Shown: positions 49,418 through 61,157, counted from the stretch's first letter. The stretch is 64,000 nucleotides of DNA from Rhodobiaceae bacterium (GCA_002723035.1 PBNH01000021.1:1272-65271); one strand, 5' to 3'. Notes: a model not told the origin generated them from the sequence alone. Translations and numbers: made by a program.

Positions 49418-49604
49418 AGCTCAAATAAATCATTTGCAATTATAGTCAAATAAATTCCCCCCGAAAGATATATGCTAAATTTCATTCTAGTAGATTATAA
49501 GTGTAATTGACAATTAAATAAAAGAATATTTATTATTTCATTAGGAATTCTCTAATTTTAATATTAATTATTATTTCGAAACTAATTAAAAGGGTTGATA
49601 TAGA

Positions 49605-51065
49605 ATGATTGAAAATAAACACCCTTCAGGTTTAAGAACATTGTTTTTCACAGAAATGTGGGAGAGAATGTCATACTACGGAATGAGAGGGATACTTGTT
49701 CTTTTCATGACTGCTTCAATTACCAATGGCGGATTAGATTTTAGCAATGCTTCCGCAAGTGCTATTTATGGTATTTATGCTGCTGCAGTTTATTTAATGG
49801 CCTTACCAGGCGGATGGATAGCTGATAATCTTTTTGGTCAACAAAAAACAGTTCTTTTAGGTGGAATTATAATTATGTTTGGCCATCTATCACTGGCAGT
49901 GCCAAATATGAATTTTTTTTATCTTGGTTTAATCCTAATTGTATTGGGTACTGGTCTATTAAAACCAAATATATCAGCAATAGTTGGCGGTTTGTATGAA
50001 AATAATCCCTCGATGAAAGAGTCAGGTTTTACCATTTTTTACATGTCAATAAATATTGGAAGTATTCTAGGTTTCTTTATATGTGGGTATTTGGGTGAAA
50101 ATATAGGTTGGCATTATGGGTTTGGTGCAGCTGGCATTGGAATGTTGCTGGGAGTTTTACAATATAAATTTAATTTAAATTCACTTGGGGATGTAGGACT
50201 TCATCCAGCAAACCTTGTTAGTGAAGTAAAAAAAAAGCAATACAAAAAAATTACACTTACAATTTCAATATTAATTTTGATCTTCATTTCTTCTGGATTA
50301 ACCGGCTTATGGTCAATAAATCCTATACCACTAGCAAATATTTTAACTTTAATAATTGCATCAATTAGTCTCATTTATTTTTTATATATTTATTTTCTTG
50401 GTCAATTAAATAAGAATGAGAAAAAGAAAGTTGTAATGATTTTTATCCTTTTTATTGGAGCTGCATTATTTTGGTCAGGGTTTGATCAAGGTGGAAGTTC
50501 TTTTAATATTTTTGCAAAAGAATACACTAATAGAATTATATTTGGCTGGGAATATCCTGCAAGCTGGATACAGATTTTAAATCCTTTGTTTGTAGTAATT
50601 CTAGCCCCATTCATGTCTTACCTTTGGATTTTTTTAGGTAAAAAGATGCTCGATCCAAGTTTGCCTTTTAAATTTGGATTGGGTTTAATTTTTATGGCTA
50701 TCGGTTTTGTTATAATATCTATAGGAGCCCAAGTAGCTCTAAGTGAAGGGCTTGCTGGAGCAAAATGGTTATTATTAACTTATCTTTTTCATACAGTTGG
50801 AGAGCTTATTTTAAGCCCTATTGGTTTGGCAGCAATATCGTCACTATCGCCAAAAAGATTCATTGGACAAATGATGGGTGTCTGGTTTTTAGCATCTTCT
50901 CTAGGTGCAATTTTAGCAGGTTTAATATCCGGTCAGGCAACTAACGATGGGTTGTCCTCGATGCCTGGTTTGTTTAATCAAATAGCTATAATTGGATCAT
51001 GTTTTGGTTTGTTATTGCTTTTGGTTGCAAGACCAATACAAAACTGGGTTTTCAAAAAGAGTTAA
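49605..51065 (+). CDS. POT/PTR2-family proton-dependent di/tripeptide transporter
   Basis: 486 aa, 12-14 transmembrane segments. PTR2 signature FTEMWERMSYYGMRGILVLF. Confidence 0.85.
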   Translation: MIENKHPSGLRTLFFTEMWERMSYYGMRGILVLFMTASITNGGLDFSNASASAIYGIYAAAVYLMALPGGWIADNLFGQQKTVLLGGIIIMFGHLSLAVPNMNFFYLGLILIVLGTGLLKPNISAIVGGLYENNPSMKESGFTIFYMSINIGSILGFFICGYLGENIGWHYGFGAAGIGMLLGVLQYKFNLNSLGDVGLHPANLVSEVKKKQYKKITLTISILILIFISSGLTGLWSINPIPLANILTLIIASISLIYFLYIYFLGQLNKNEKKKVVMIFILFIGAALFWSGFDQGGSSFNIFAKEYTNRIIFGWEYPASWIQILNPLFVVILAPFMSYLWIFLGKKMLDPSLPFKFGLGLIFMAIGFVIISIGAQVALSEGLAGAKWLLLTYLFHTVGELILSPIGLAAISSLSPKRFIGQMMGVWFLASSLGAILAGLISGQATNDGLSSMPGLFNQIAIIGSCFGLLLLLVARPIQNWVFKKS

Positions 51066-51067
51066 TT

Positions 51068-52615
51068 ATGAGCTGGAAAAATGAAATAGATGAATTAAAA
51101 AAAAGAGAAGCTCTTGCAGAAAAAATGGGTGGGGCTAAAAAATTAGAAAAACAAAAAGAAAATAATCGATTAAATGTTAGAGAGAGAATTGACAAACTTT
51201 TAGATGATAATAGTTTTCATGAGATTGGAAAAATTGCTGGTAATGCCCAATATAATGAAGAAGGTGATTTAGAAAATTTTACACCTACAAATTTTATTGT
51301 TGGAAGAGGAAAAATTAATAAAAAAAGTGTTGTTATTGGGGGTGACGATTTCACTGTCCGTGGAGGGGCTGCTGATGCTTCTATTAGAGAAAAACAAATA
51401 ATGGCGGAGCAAATGGCTAATGAACTTCAGCTTCCATTGATTAGATTAATTGAAGGAACCGGCGGAGGGGGATCAGTAAAATCAATTGATACTGACTCAA
51501 GAACCTATATACCCGCCAATCCTGGCTGGGAATGGGTGATCAATAATCTTTCAACAGTTCCAGTAATTGCATTAGGTCTTGGTCCCGTAGCTGGATTGGG
51601 AGCAGCAAGATTAGTTACTAGTCATTTTTCTATTATGGTTGAAAATATTTCACAATTATTTGTTGCAGGGCCACCAGTAGTTAAAAGATTGGGTCAGGAC
51701 CTTACAAAAGAAGAATTAGGTGGCTCAGAAATTCATTCAAAGAATGGTGCAGTAGATATTTTCGTAAAAAGTGAAGATGAAGCATTTGAAGTAACAAAGA
51801 AAATTTTATCCTATCTACCGCAGTCGGTTTATGAGCTCCCTCAAAGAGGACAAATAACTGATGATCCGGGTAGAAAAGATGAATGGCTTTTGGAGGCAAT
51901 ACCAAAGGATAGAAGAAAAACATATAAAATGAGGAAGATAATAAATGCTCTTGTAGACAAAAGGAGTTTTATTGAAGTAGGAAAAAATTATGGTAAATCA
52001 GTGATTACCGGCCTTGCTAGAATTGACGGTTGGCCAGTGGCATTATTAGCAGGAGATCCATATTATTATGGTGGAGGCTGGACGGCTGACTCATCAAACA
52101 AAGTAACTCGTTTTATTGATATAGCAGAGACCTTTCATCTGCCTGTTATTAATTTAGTTGATAATCCAGGTTTTCTAATTGGTCTTCAATCAGAAAAACA
52201 AGGGACAATTCGCCATGGCGCAAGAGCATTAGCAGCAGTTTATCAAGCAACTGTCCCTTGGTGTTCAGTAATAATTAGAAAAGTTTTCGGAGTTGCAGGT
52301 GCTGCACATATGAATGCATCGAGATACCACTACAGATTTGCTTGGCCATCTGGTGACTGGGGATCCCTTCCTGTTGAGGGTGGCATAGAGGCAGCTTACA
52401 AAGCTGAACTGGAAAAATCTGATAATCCAGAATTATTAATGAAGGAAATAGAAGAAAAAATGGAGAAGGTTCGATCACCTTTTAGAACTGCAGAATCTTT
52501 TATTGCAGAAGAAATAATTGACCCAAGAGATACCAGAAAATATCTATCAGAATTTGTAAATTTAACCTCGAAATTAAGAAAATCAGGTAAAACTAAATTT
52601 GGATTAAGACCTTAA
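51068..52615 (+). CDS. Acyl-CoA carboxylase carboxyltransferase (beta) subunit, PccB/AccD5 family
   Basis: 515 aa. N-terminal WKNEIDELKKREALAEKMGG...RERIDKLLD and two crotonase-like carboxyltransferase halves. ATG at 51068 preferred over the ORF-track start inside the POT gene. Confidence 0.75.
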   Translation: MSWKNEIDELKKREALAEKMGGAKKLEKQKENNRLNVRERIDKLLDDNSFHEIGKIAGNAQYNEEGDLENFTPTNFIVGRGKINKKSVVIGGDDFTVRGGAADASIREKQIMAEQMANELQLPLIRLIEGTGGGGSVKSIDTDSRTYIPANPGWEWVINNLSTVPVIALGLGPVAGLGAARLVTSHFSIMVENISQLFVAGPPVVKRLGQDLTKEELGGSEIHSKNGAVDIFVKSEDEAFEVTKKILSYLPQSVYELPQRGQITDDPGRKDEWLLEAIPKDRRKTYKMRKIINALVDKRSFIEVGKNYGKSVITGLARIDGWPVALLAGDPYYYGGGWTADSSNKVTRFIDIAETFHLPVINLVDNPGFLIGLQSEKQGTIRHGARALAAVYQATVPWCSVIIRKVFGVAGAAHMNASRYHYRFAWPSGDWGSLPVEGGIEAAYKAELEKSDNPELLMKEIEEKMEKVRSPFRTAESFIAEEIIDPRDTRKYLSEFVNLTSKLRKSGKTKFGLRP

Positions 52616-52818
52616 AAAAATAAAATAAATAATTTGATCTAATAAATTCAATAAGTTATTTTGATAATCATTCTCAATAGTTGTAATTTTACAACACATA
52701 CTTGCATTCTTTGTATCTTTTGTATATAAAAATACTTCTTAGAAATTTTTTTCTTTACCTAAATAATAATAATTAACATTTTTATTTTGAAAAAGAGTAA
52801 GCAACGGCGATTTATTTT

Positions 52819-55800
52819 ATGTCTGAAAAAAAAACAAAATTTAAAATAGCAGGACTCCCAAAAGCCCAAGGTCTTTACAATCCTGTTAATGAGCACGATG
52901 CTTGTGGTGTCGGTATGGTTCTTGACATTAAAAATAGAGCTTCATTTGATATCGTTGAAAAAGGCCTCGCTATGCTTTGCAATCTCGAACATAGGGGTGC
53001 CGTTGGGGCTGATCCAAAAGCCGGCGATGGTTCCGGATTACTTATACAAATACCTCATAAATTTTTAGAAAAAAAAGTTTCTAAAAACTTCTCCCTGCCA
53101 GAGCCTGGTAATTATGCTGTTGGTGTAATGTTTTTACCTGATAATAATAATGACGATGAAAAAATTAAAAAATTAGTTGAAGATGTTTGTACAAAAGAAG
53201 GGGTTAAGATTCTAGGTTGGAGACTCTGCCCAACCTATACTAAAGAACTAGGTTGGTCTGTTTTACCATCAACGCCAATTGTATATCAATTATTTCTAGA
53301 GAAACCAGAAACTGAAAAATCACAAGATGATTTTGAGAGAAAACTATACATTCTAAGACGATGCATTGAAAAAGCAGTTTTGGAAATATCAAATGATATT
53401 AAAGAAGGATTTTACATACCGTCCTTTTCATCTCGAACAATTTTATACAAAGGTATGGTTTTAGCCGATCAAGTTGGTGGGCTTGGTGAAAAATTAGGCT
53501 TTTATGAAGATCTCACAGATAATGATATAGAATCTTCATTTGCTTTAATACATCAGAGGTTTTCTACAAATACATTCCCAACTTGGAGTTTATCTCAACC
53601 TTTTAGAATGCTTTGTCATAATGGAGAAATAAATACTGTCAGAGGTAATATTAACTGGATGAATGCTCGTCAAAAGAATCTGGCTTCTCCAGCTTTTTCA
53701 GAAAAAGATCTAAATAAGTTATGGCCAATTATTGAAGAAGGACAGTCTGATACAGCGTCATTTGACAATGCACTAGAGCTTCTTGTTCAAGGGGGATACT
53801 CTATAGCCGAAGCAATGCTAATTATGGTCCCTGAAGCTTGGCAAAATAATGACATTATGGATAAAAAACTCAAAAGTTTTTATGAATATCATGCTCCAAT
53901 AATGGAGCCTTGGGATGGTCCAGCCAATATTGCCTTTACCGATGGTAAACAAATTGGTGCATTACTTGATAGAAATGGTCTTAGGCCTGCAAGATATTTA
54001 ATTACAGATGACGACAAGGTAATCTTTGCATCTGAAATGGGTTTAATTCCTGTTGATGAGTCAAAGGTTAAATCTAAATGGAGATTAGAACCTGGTAAAA
54101 TGCTCTTAATCGATCTTGAAAAAGGCGCCATGGTCAAAGATCATGAAATAAAGGAATTTGTTGCCAATAAAAGACCTTGGAAAAAGCTTTTAGATTTAAA
54201 TCAACTTAATATTGAAGAAATCCCGAGTTCAGATGATAATTTTAAGAGTAAATTTTCCACCAAAGATCTTCAAAAAGCTTTTGGATATACTCAAGAAGAT
54301 GAAAAATTTCTTATAAATCCTATGATTGCAAATGGTATGGAGGCCACTGGTTCTATGGGGACGGATACTCCAATAGCTCCATTATCACTTAAAAATAAAC
54401 CACTCTTTACATATTTTAAACAAAAGTTCGCGCAAGTTACCAATCCTCCTATCGACCCGATCCGAGAAGAAATGGTCATGTCTGTCAATAATTACATTGG
54501 ACCTAGACCAAATGTTTTAAACCTCGACCAAAAAGAAGTCTCAAAATTTATAAAAATTGATACGCCAATTTTAAATGAAAAAGATGCAAATAAAATTAGA
54601 AGTTTATCAAAAGAGAATAACTCTTTCATGTCATCAACTGAAATAGACATCACCTTTAATTCTGAAAAAGAAAACATAAAAACTGTCTTAAAGAAAGTTT
54701 GCAAAAAAGCTGAAAGTGAAATTAATAATGGTAAAACAATTATTATTTTAACAGATAAATATATTTCTGAAGAAAAGATACCAATCCCCTCTCTTCTTGT
54801 AACCTCAAAAGTTCATCAATATTTAATTGAAAAAGGTCTAAGAACATCTGCAGGTTTAATTATTGAGACTGGAGAAGCTAGAGAGATACATCATTTTTGT
54901 TGTTTAGCTGGTTACGGAGCAGATGCAATTCACCCTTGGCTTGCGCACCAAGTTGTCAGAGCTTTGTCTGGAATAAATGATGACGAAAAAGCTATCGAAA
55001 ATTATATTAAAGCTATTGGCAAGGGAATAAAAAAAGTAATGTCAAAAATGGGTATATGCACATACCAGTCTTATTGTGGTGCTCAGATATTTGACGCAAT
55101 AGGTCTTTCAACTCAATTTATTGATGAGTTTTTTACAGGCACTTCTAGCCTGGTAGAGGGTCTAGGTATTTCTGAAATTGAAGAAGAAACAATTTCTAGG
55201 CATAAAGGAGCATTTTCACAAGTTCCAGGTTTAGAAAATTTACTTGATGTTGGCGGAGAATACGCTGTTCGTTTAAGAGGTGAAAGACATTCCTGGGAGA
55301 GTGATACTGTAAGAGATCTTCAACATGCAGCTCGCGCAAATAATCCAGAGACTTATCAAAAATATGCTGACTCTATGAATATTCAGAATGAAAAATTAAT
55401 GACTCTGCGAGGACTTTTTAAAATTAAAAATGCTGAAGACATTGCTAGAAAGTCAATACCAATTGAAGAGGTAGAAGAAGCTAAGGAAATTGTCAAACGC
55501 TTCGCAACCGGTGCAATGTCATTTGGTTCAATAAGCAGAGAGGCACACACCACTCTTGCGATAGCGATGAACAGGATTGGTGGTCGTTCAAATACAGGTG
55601 AAGGTGGGGAAGAAGCCGATCGTTTCCTTGCTTTAGAAAATGGCGATTCGATGCGCTCTTCAATAAAACAAGTTGCATCTGGACGTTTCGGTGTAACTGC
55701 GGAATACCTTGCAAACTCTGATATGATACAAATAAAAATGGCACAAGGTGCCAAGCCCGGTGAAGGTGGCCAGCTTCCTGGTCACAAAGTTGATCAAACC

Positions 55801-57432
55801 ATTGCAAATGTTAGATTTTCCACTCCTGGTGTCGGTTTAATTTCACCACCTCCTCACCATGATATCTATTCAATAGAAGATTTAGCACAATTAATTTACG
55901 ATTTAAAAAATACAAATCCATCCGCGGATATTTCAGTAAAATTAGTCTCGGAAGTCGGTGTTGGTACCGTTGCAGCAGGGGTATCAAAAGCTAAAGCAGA
56001 CCATGTTACAATTTCTGGATTTGAAGGCGGTACAGGAGCAAGCCCTCTTACATCGATTAAGCATGCTGGCAGTCCATGGGAATTAGGACTAGCAGAAACC
56101 CATCAAACATTAGTGATTAACGGATTGCGCTCAAGAATAACAGTTCAAGCCGATGGTGGTTTAAAAACTGGCCGCGACGTTGTTATAGCAGCTCTACTTG
56201 GTGCCGATGAATTTGGTTTTTCTACAGCACCACTTATAGCAACAGGGTGTATAATGATGAGAAAATGTCATCTGAATACCTGTCCTGTTGGAATTGCTAC
56301 ACAAGATCCAGAGCTAAGAAAATTATTTAATGGTCAACCGGAGGATGTAATTAACTTCTTTTTCTTTGTAGCCGAAGAAGCAAGGTCATATATGAGTAAA
56401 ATGGGTTTTAAAACCTTTGATGAAATGATTGGACAAACACAATTTTTAGATACAAACGAAGCAGTTAAGCATTGGAAAACAAAAGGTATGGATTTTGAAA
56501 AATTATTTTATAAACCTGAACCTTGGAAAGGAGATACCCTTTATAGAAGTCAAGAACAAGATCACGACATACATGAAATTTTAGATAGAAAATTAATTAA
56601 GCAATCCGAACAAGCAATAAATAAATTTCAACCAGTTCAAATAAAATCAGAAATTAAAAATACTGATCGTTCAACGGGAGCAATGCTATCAGGAGCAATA
56701 GCAAAAATTCATGGTCATAAAGGTCTTGCCGATGACACAATAAATATTAAATTAAAAGGAACTGCTGGTCAGAGTTTCGGGGTTTTCTTAGCAAAAGGTG
56801 TTTCACTTAATTTAGAGGGTGAAGGGAATGACTACGTCGGTAAAGGAATTTCTGGAGGTCGTATATCTATATACCCTCCAAGTAATTCAAAAATAATACC
56901 TGAAGAAAATATTATTGTTGGAAATACTGTTCTTTATGGAGGTATTACTGGAGAGTGTTACTTTAACGGTATTGCAGGAGAGAGATTCGCTGTAAGAAAT
57001 TCTGGTGCAACCGCAATAGTTGAAGGTTCAGGTGATCATTGCTGCGAATACATGACTGGCGGTGTTGTTGTTGTCTTGGGTAAGGTTGGAAGAAACTTTG
57101 GCGCTGGCATGTCTGGAGGTATTGCCTACGTTTTAGATGAAGATGATAAATTTAAAAGTCTATATAATCCTGAAATGATTGAACTCGAAGACATTAATAT
57201 AAGTGATAATGAAGCACATACAGAAAACCTTCTCATCAATGATAAAGATAGATTAAAAAGTTTAATTGAAAATCATTACCGTTATACCAAGAGTCCTAAA
57301 GCTAAAAGAATTTTAGATAATTTTGAAAATTATCTGCCAAAATTTACTAAAGTAATGCCAACAGAATATAAAAGAGTGCTTATGGAAATGTATTCAAATT
57401 TAGAAAAATCTAAAAGTTCAGTAAAAGGATAA
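52819..57432 (+). CDS. gltB: Glutamate synthase large subunit
   Basis: 1537 aa. N-terminal amidotransferase Cys (…CGVGMV), FMN/Fe-S central domain, C-terminal GXGXG beta-helix. Confidence 0.95.
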   Translation: MSEKKTKFKIAGLPKAQGLYNPVNEHDACGVGMVLDIKNRASFDIVEKGLAMLCNLEHRGAVGADPKAGDGSGLLIQIPHKFLEKKVSKNFSLPEPGNYAVGVMFLPDNNNDDEKIKKLVEDVCTKEGVKILGWRLCPTYTKELGWSVLPSTPIVYQLFLEKPETEKSQDDFERKLYILRRCIEKAVLEISNDIKEGFYIPSFSSRTILYKGMVLADQVGGLGEKLGFYEDLTDNDIESSFALIHQRFSTNTFPTWSLSQPFRMLCHNGEINTVRGNINWMNARQKNLASPAFSEKDLNKLWPIIEEGQSDTASFDNALELLVQGGYSIAEAMLIMVPEAWQNNDIMDKKLKSFYEYHAPIMEPWDGPANIAFTDGKQIGALLDRNGLRPARYLITDDDKVIFASEMGLIPVDESKVKSKWRLEPGKMLLIDLEKGAMVKDHEIKEFVANKRPWKKLLDLNQLNIEEIPSSDDNFKSKFSTKDLQKAFGYTQEDEKFLINPMIANGMEATGSMGTDTPIAPLSLKNKPLFTYFKQKFAQVTNPPIDPIREEMVMSVNNYIGPRPNVLNLDQKEVSKFIKIDTPILNEKDANKIRSLSKENNSFMSSTEIDITFNSEKENIKTVLKKVCKKAESEINNGKTIIILTDKYISEEKIPIPSLLVTSKVHQYLIEKGLRTSAGLIIETGEAREIHHFCCLAGYGADAIHPWLAHQVVRALSGINDDEKAIENYIKAIGKGIKKVMSKMGICTYQSYCGAQIFDAIGLSTQFIDEFFTGTSSLVEGLGISEIEEETISRHKGAFSQVPGLENLLDVGGEYAVRLRGERHSWESDTVRDLQHAARANNPETYQKYADSMNIQNEKLMTLRGLFKIKNAEDIARKSIPIEEVEEAKEIVKRFATGAMSFGSISREAHTTLAIAMNRIGGRSNTGEGGEEADRFLALENGDSMRSSIKQVASGRFGVTAEYLANSDMIQIKMAQGAKPGEGGQLPGHKVDQTIANVRFSTPGVGLISPPPHHDIYSIEDLAQLIYDLKNTNPSADISVKLVSEVGVGTVAAGVSKAKADHVTISGFEGGTGASPLTSIKHAGSPWELGLAETHQTLVINGLRSRITVQADGGLKTGRDVVIAALLGADEFGFSTAPLIATGCIMMRKCHLNTCPVGIATQDPELRKLFNGQPEDVINFFFFVAEEARSYMSKMGFKTFDEMIGQTQFLDTNEAVKHWKTKGMDFEKLFYKPEPWKGDTLYRSQEQDHDIHEILDRKLIKQSEQAINKFQPVQIKSEIKNTDRSTGAMLSGAIAKIHGHKGLADDTINIKLKGTAGQSFGVFLAKGVSLNLEGEGNDYVGKGISGGRISIYPPSNSKIIPEENIIVGNTVLYGGITGECYFNGIAGERFAVRNSGATAIVEGSGDHCCEYMTGGVVVVLGKVGRNFGAGMSGGIAYVLDEDDKFKSLYNPEMIELEDINISDNEAHTENLLINDKDRLKSLIENHYRYTKSPKAKRILDNFENYLPKFTKVMPTEYKRVLMEMYSNLEKSKSSVKG

Positions 57433-57435
57433 GAA

Positions 57436-58857
57436 ATGGGCAAACCTACAGGATTTATGGATATAGAAAAAATTGATAGAGGGTATAAGCCTGTATCTGA
57501 AAGAATTTCAAATTATAAAGAGTTTGTTGTTCCTTTATCAAAAGAAGAAACTATAGGTCAAGCTGCGAGATGCATGGACTGCGGTGTCCCTTATTGTCAT
57601 AATGGATGTCCAGTAAATAACCAAATTCCAGATTGGAATGATTTAGTTTATTCAAATGATTGGAAAAATGCACTTGAAAATTTACACTCTACAAATAATT
57701 TTCCAGAGTTTACCGGAAGAATTTGCCCTGCCCCTTGTGAAGCAGCTTGTACTTTAAATTTATATGAAGAACCGGTCTCAATTAAAACAATTGAATGCGC
57801 AATTATTGATAGAGGTTTTGAGGAAGGCTGGATTAAACCAAAAATTATTAATATTAAATCAGGAAAAAAAGTAGCTATTATTGGCGCAGGCCCAGCAGGA
57901 CTTGCTTGTGCTCAACAACTTACAAGAGCCGGCCATGAAGTAACTGTTTATGAAAAAAATAATAAAGCTGGTGGTCTCTTAAGGTATGGTATTCCTGATT
58001 TTAAAATGGAAAAACATGTAATTGATAGGCGTATAAATCAATTAGAAGGTGAAGGAACAATTTTTAAATATGGAGTCAATATTGGTATAGATATATCGAT
58101 TGAAGATCTTGAGAATGAATATGATGCTATTGTATTATCAGGTGGATCTGAACACCCTAGGGATTTACCGGTTGAGGGCAGAGATTTAGATGGTATTCAT
58201 TTTGCAATGGAATTTTTACCTCAACAAAACAAAAGAGTTTCTAATGAAGGAGTTCCTTCATCAACCAAAGAAATACTTGCCACTAATAAAAATGTTATAG
58301 TTATTGGTGGTGGCGATACAGGCTCTGACTGCATAGGAACTTCTATAAGGCAAGGAGCAGAGTCAGTTACTCAACTTGAAATTATGCCTATACCGCCTGA
58401 GCAGGAAAATAAATCTTTAACTTGGCCAAATTGGCCTCTGAAATTAAGGACATCCTCAAGTCAATCCGAGGGTGCCCTCAGGGATTTCTCTGTTATGACA
58501 CAGAGTGTTTCTGGAGAAAATGGAAAAGTTGAAAGTATAAATTGTGTTAAAGTTGATGAAAAAATGAAACCAATACCAAAAACAGAGTTTAGTCTAAAAG
58601 CCGATCTTATATTATTGGCTATGGGTTTTGTTCATCCTATACACGAAGGTTTAATTGAAAATTCAAAAACAGAACTCGATGAAAGAGGTAATGTAAAAGC
58701 TAACACATATGACTATAAAACTTCTGCTAATAAAATTTTTACAGCTGGTGATATGAGACGAGGACAGTCTCTTGTTGTTTGGGCTATTAGAGAAGGAAGG
58801 CAATGTGCAAGTTCTGTTGATTATTTCCTAACAGGTGAAAAAAATCTTCCAACCTAA
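57436..58857 (+). CDS. gltD: Glutamate synthase small subunit (NADPH)
   Basis: 473 aa. Cys-cluster N-terminus and two Rossmann dinucleotide sites (GAGPAGL, GGGDTG). Confidence 0.95.
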   Translation: MGKPTGFMDIEKIDRGYKPVSERISNYKEFVVPLSKEETIGQAARCMDCGVPYCHNGCPVNNQIPDWNDLVYSNDWKNALENLHSTNNFPEFTGRICPAPCEAACTLNLYEEPVSIKTIECAIIDRGFEEGWIKPKIINIKSGKKVAIIGAGPAGLACAQQLTRAGHEVTVYEKNNKAGGLLRYGIPDFKMEKHVIDRRINQLEGEGTIFKYGVNIGIDISIEDLENEYDAIVLSGGSEHPRDLPVEGRDLDGIHFAMEFLPQQNKRVSNEGVPSSTKEILATNKNVIVIGGGDTGSDCIGTSIRQGAESVTQLEIMPIPPEQENKSLTWPNWPLKLRTSSSQSEGALRDFSVMTQSVSGENGKVESINCVKVDEKMKPIPKTEFSLKADLILLAMGFVHPIHEGLIENSKTELDERGNVKANTYDYKTSANKIFTAGDMRRGQSLVVWAIREGRQCASSVDYFLTGEKNLPT

Positions 58858-60206
58858 ATACTCGACCTCAACATGTCATCTACAACTCTCTCAAGATCAA
58901 ACAAAGAACTACAAACTTTTGATTTAGAGCAATATGGTACAAACCTTAGCATTTCAGAATCTCCAGTACCCCACACTGATTTTGGTTCAGGGTTTAAAAA
59001 TAAAATTCTTTTTGATTTTTCTTGAATTGTTTTGAGAACATCACATCTTGGATCTCCATAATTAGAGCGTGCATCTCCCAATATTATAACAGTTGTTTTT
59101 CTATCAATGTTATTTTCCAAATACCCCTCAAGATCAACAAAGGCTTGTCCATAATCTGTAGATCCACCACCATTAAGTAATAGGGTTTCGGCTGCAGCAA
59201 TATTAATATCCTTATTTTCAAAAAGATCAGTAACCTCTCCAGCTTTATTTGAAAATGCAAATGTTCTGACATTTGGAAGTATTTCAGTAAGACTATGAAG
59301 GAACATCAAAAAAAACCTTGATACATTAGCTACTGATCCAGAAACGTCACAAAGAGCAACAATTTTTGGTCTATCAACTTTTGTTTTTTTCCAAACAGTT
59401 TCGAATAAAATACCTTCATATTCTTGATTTGCTCTTATTGTTGAACGAATATCCAGCAAGCCCCTTTGTGATTTTCTTTTTCTCCTTGAATGGACAGATA
59501 TTAATTTTTTTGCCATTTTTTTTATTATTCCTGACATAATTTTATAGTCAGATTTATCGGCTTGTGTTAATCGCATTTGCGATAATGCATCTTCTCTTAA
59601 TTGTTTGCCAGTATTTGATGTTCTCAGCTTTACTTGATTTTCAATATAATCTCTGATCTCAATACGAAGATTTTCTCTTATATTTTTTAATTCTTCCTCT
59701 CTTTGTGTCTTTCCATCTCTAGAAGCCTGAAAAATATCATTGTTAAGAGTTTCAAGCCCCATTTCATCAAATATTTTACGTGTAAACATTCCTACTTGTG
59801 TAAAAAGTTTTATATCTTGAAGATTTGCATCTCTTGCCGCCAATGCCATAGCAGTCATAAGAGATGTTTTGTCAGAATTTTTATAAAGTTCCTCAAGATT
59901 ATTTTGGAAATTATCTGAATCCTTTATATCCCCAAGTTTAATATTTTTATCATCAAATATTTTGGGCAACTTCTCATCATTAAAATTCATATAATTTTCT
60001 TCAAAAAAATTATCAAAACATTCGCTAAATATTTCTTTCTCTCTTAAAGTTTTTGCTAATGAAAAAGAAAGAGAGTCCTTTAATAAAGACCTGTCATTGA
60101 GGCCGATTTTGGAAACAACATTCATAGCATCAATACTCTCTGATGTTGAAACTCTTAAATCAGATGATCTGAGAATATGAATAAAATCTCTTAAGAAATC
60201 CACCAT
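58854..60206 (-). CDS. VWA domain-containing protein (CoxE-like), partner of the MoxR ATPase
   Basis: 450 aa. C-terminal VWA/MIDAS-like region (DVSGS...). Operon with the upstream AAA+ gene. 4-nt convergent overlap with gltD. Confidence 0.7.
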   Translation of the reverse strand: MVDFLRDFIHILRSSDLRVSTSESIDAMNVVSKIGLNDRSLLKDSLSFSLAKTLREKEIFSECFDNFFEENYMNFNDEKLPKIFDDKNIKLGDIKDSDNFQNNLEELYKNSDKTSLMTAMALAARDANLQDIKLFTQVGMFTRKIFDEMGLETLNNDIFQASRDGKTQREEELKNIRENLRIEIRDYIENQVKLRTSNTGKQLREDALSQMRLTQADKSDYKIMSGIIKKMAKKLISVHSRRKRKSQRGLLDIRSTIRANQEYEGILFETVWKKTKVDRPKIVALCDVSGSVANVSRFFLMFLHSLTEILPNVRTFAFSNKAGEVTDLFENKDINIAAAETLLLNGGGSTDYGQAFVDLEGYLENNIDRKTTVIILGDARSNYGDPRCDVLKTIQEKSKRILFLNPEPKSVWGTGDSEMLRFVPYCSKSKVCSSLFDLERVVDDMLRSSI

Positions 60207-61157
60207 TTATTTTTTTGATTGCTCTATTAAATTATCTATTTCAGGGTCAGAAACATCTATATCTGTTTGAAATTTTAACAAAATGTTGAGAGTTTCTCTT
60301 GCTAAATCAGGCTCAAGAGTTTTTATATTCAATAAAACAAGTGACCTTGCCCAGTCAATTGTCTCAGATACAGAAGGAAGTTTCTTTAAATCTAAGCTTC
60401 TTAACCCTTGAACAAAACTTACTAATTGTTTTTTTAAATTTTCATCAATTTCAGGAACTCTCGAACTGATAATTTTCTCTTCTAAAAAAGGGTCAGGAAA
60501 AGGGATGTATAAATGCAAGCAACGTCTTTTAAGAGCATCCCCTATTTCTCTAGTATTGTTTGAAGTTAGAAATACAATCGGTTTTACTTTTCCTTTTATA
60601 GTACCTATTTCTGGAATTGATACTTGATAATCTGACAATATCTCAAGAAGAAATGCTTCAAATTCGTCATCTGATTTATCAATTTCATCAATTAATAAAA
60701 CTGAACCATTTTCACTTTCAATTGCTTTTAAAAGTGGCCTAGGTTCTAAAAATTTCTCGGAGAAAAATATGTCATCAAAATTATTTAAATTGTCAATTGA
60801 TGATTCAAGGCTATCAGATTTTGAAACAATTTGATTCAATTTATCTTTTAGAACCTGAGTATAAAGTAACTGCTTACCATACTTCCATTCATATAATGCT
60901 TTTGCCTCATCAAGACCCTCATAACATTGAAGTCTTATAAGAGGTTTTTCCATCCACTCGGCTGTTGCCTTTGCTAGCTCTGTTTTACCAACTCCAGGAG
61001 GACCCTCTACTAAAATAGGCTTTCCTAATGATTGGCTTAAAAATATCGCAGTAGCAATATGAGTATTACAAATATAACCTTGTTTTTCAAAATTAGACTG
61101 AATATTCTCTATTAAATCTTTTGCTGAAACATCGGATGATGTTTTATTATTAGACAA
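60207..61157 (-). CDS. MoxR/CoxD-like AAA+ ATPase
   Basis: 316 aa. Walker A GPPGVGKT, Walker B LLIDEID. Confidence 0.8.
   Translation of the reverse strand: MSNNKTSSDVSAKDLIENIQSNFEKQGYICNTHIATAIFLSQSLGKPILVEGPPGVGKTELAKATAEWMEKPLIRLQCYEGLDEAKALYEWKYGKQLLYTQVLKDKLNQIVSKSDSLESSIDNLNNFDDIFFSEKFLEPRPLLKAIESENGSVLLIDEIDKSDDEFEAFLLEILSDYQVSIPEIGTIKGKVKPIVFLTSNNTREIGDALKRRCLHLYIPFPDPFLEEKIISSRVPEIDENLKKQLVSFVQGLRSLDLKKLPSVSETIDWARSLVLLNIKTLEPDLARETLNILLKFQTDIDVSDPEIDNLIEQSKK

Noticed and set aside
52616-52818. Possible NtcA/NtrC-type nitrogen regulator site upstream of gltB (TGTAATTTTACA and GTATCTTTTGTATA-like sequences)
   Set aside because: Spacing does not fit the GTA-N8-TAC consensus, and AT-rich palindromes are expected by chance in a 203-nt, roughly 20% GC spacer.
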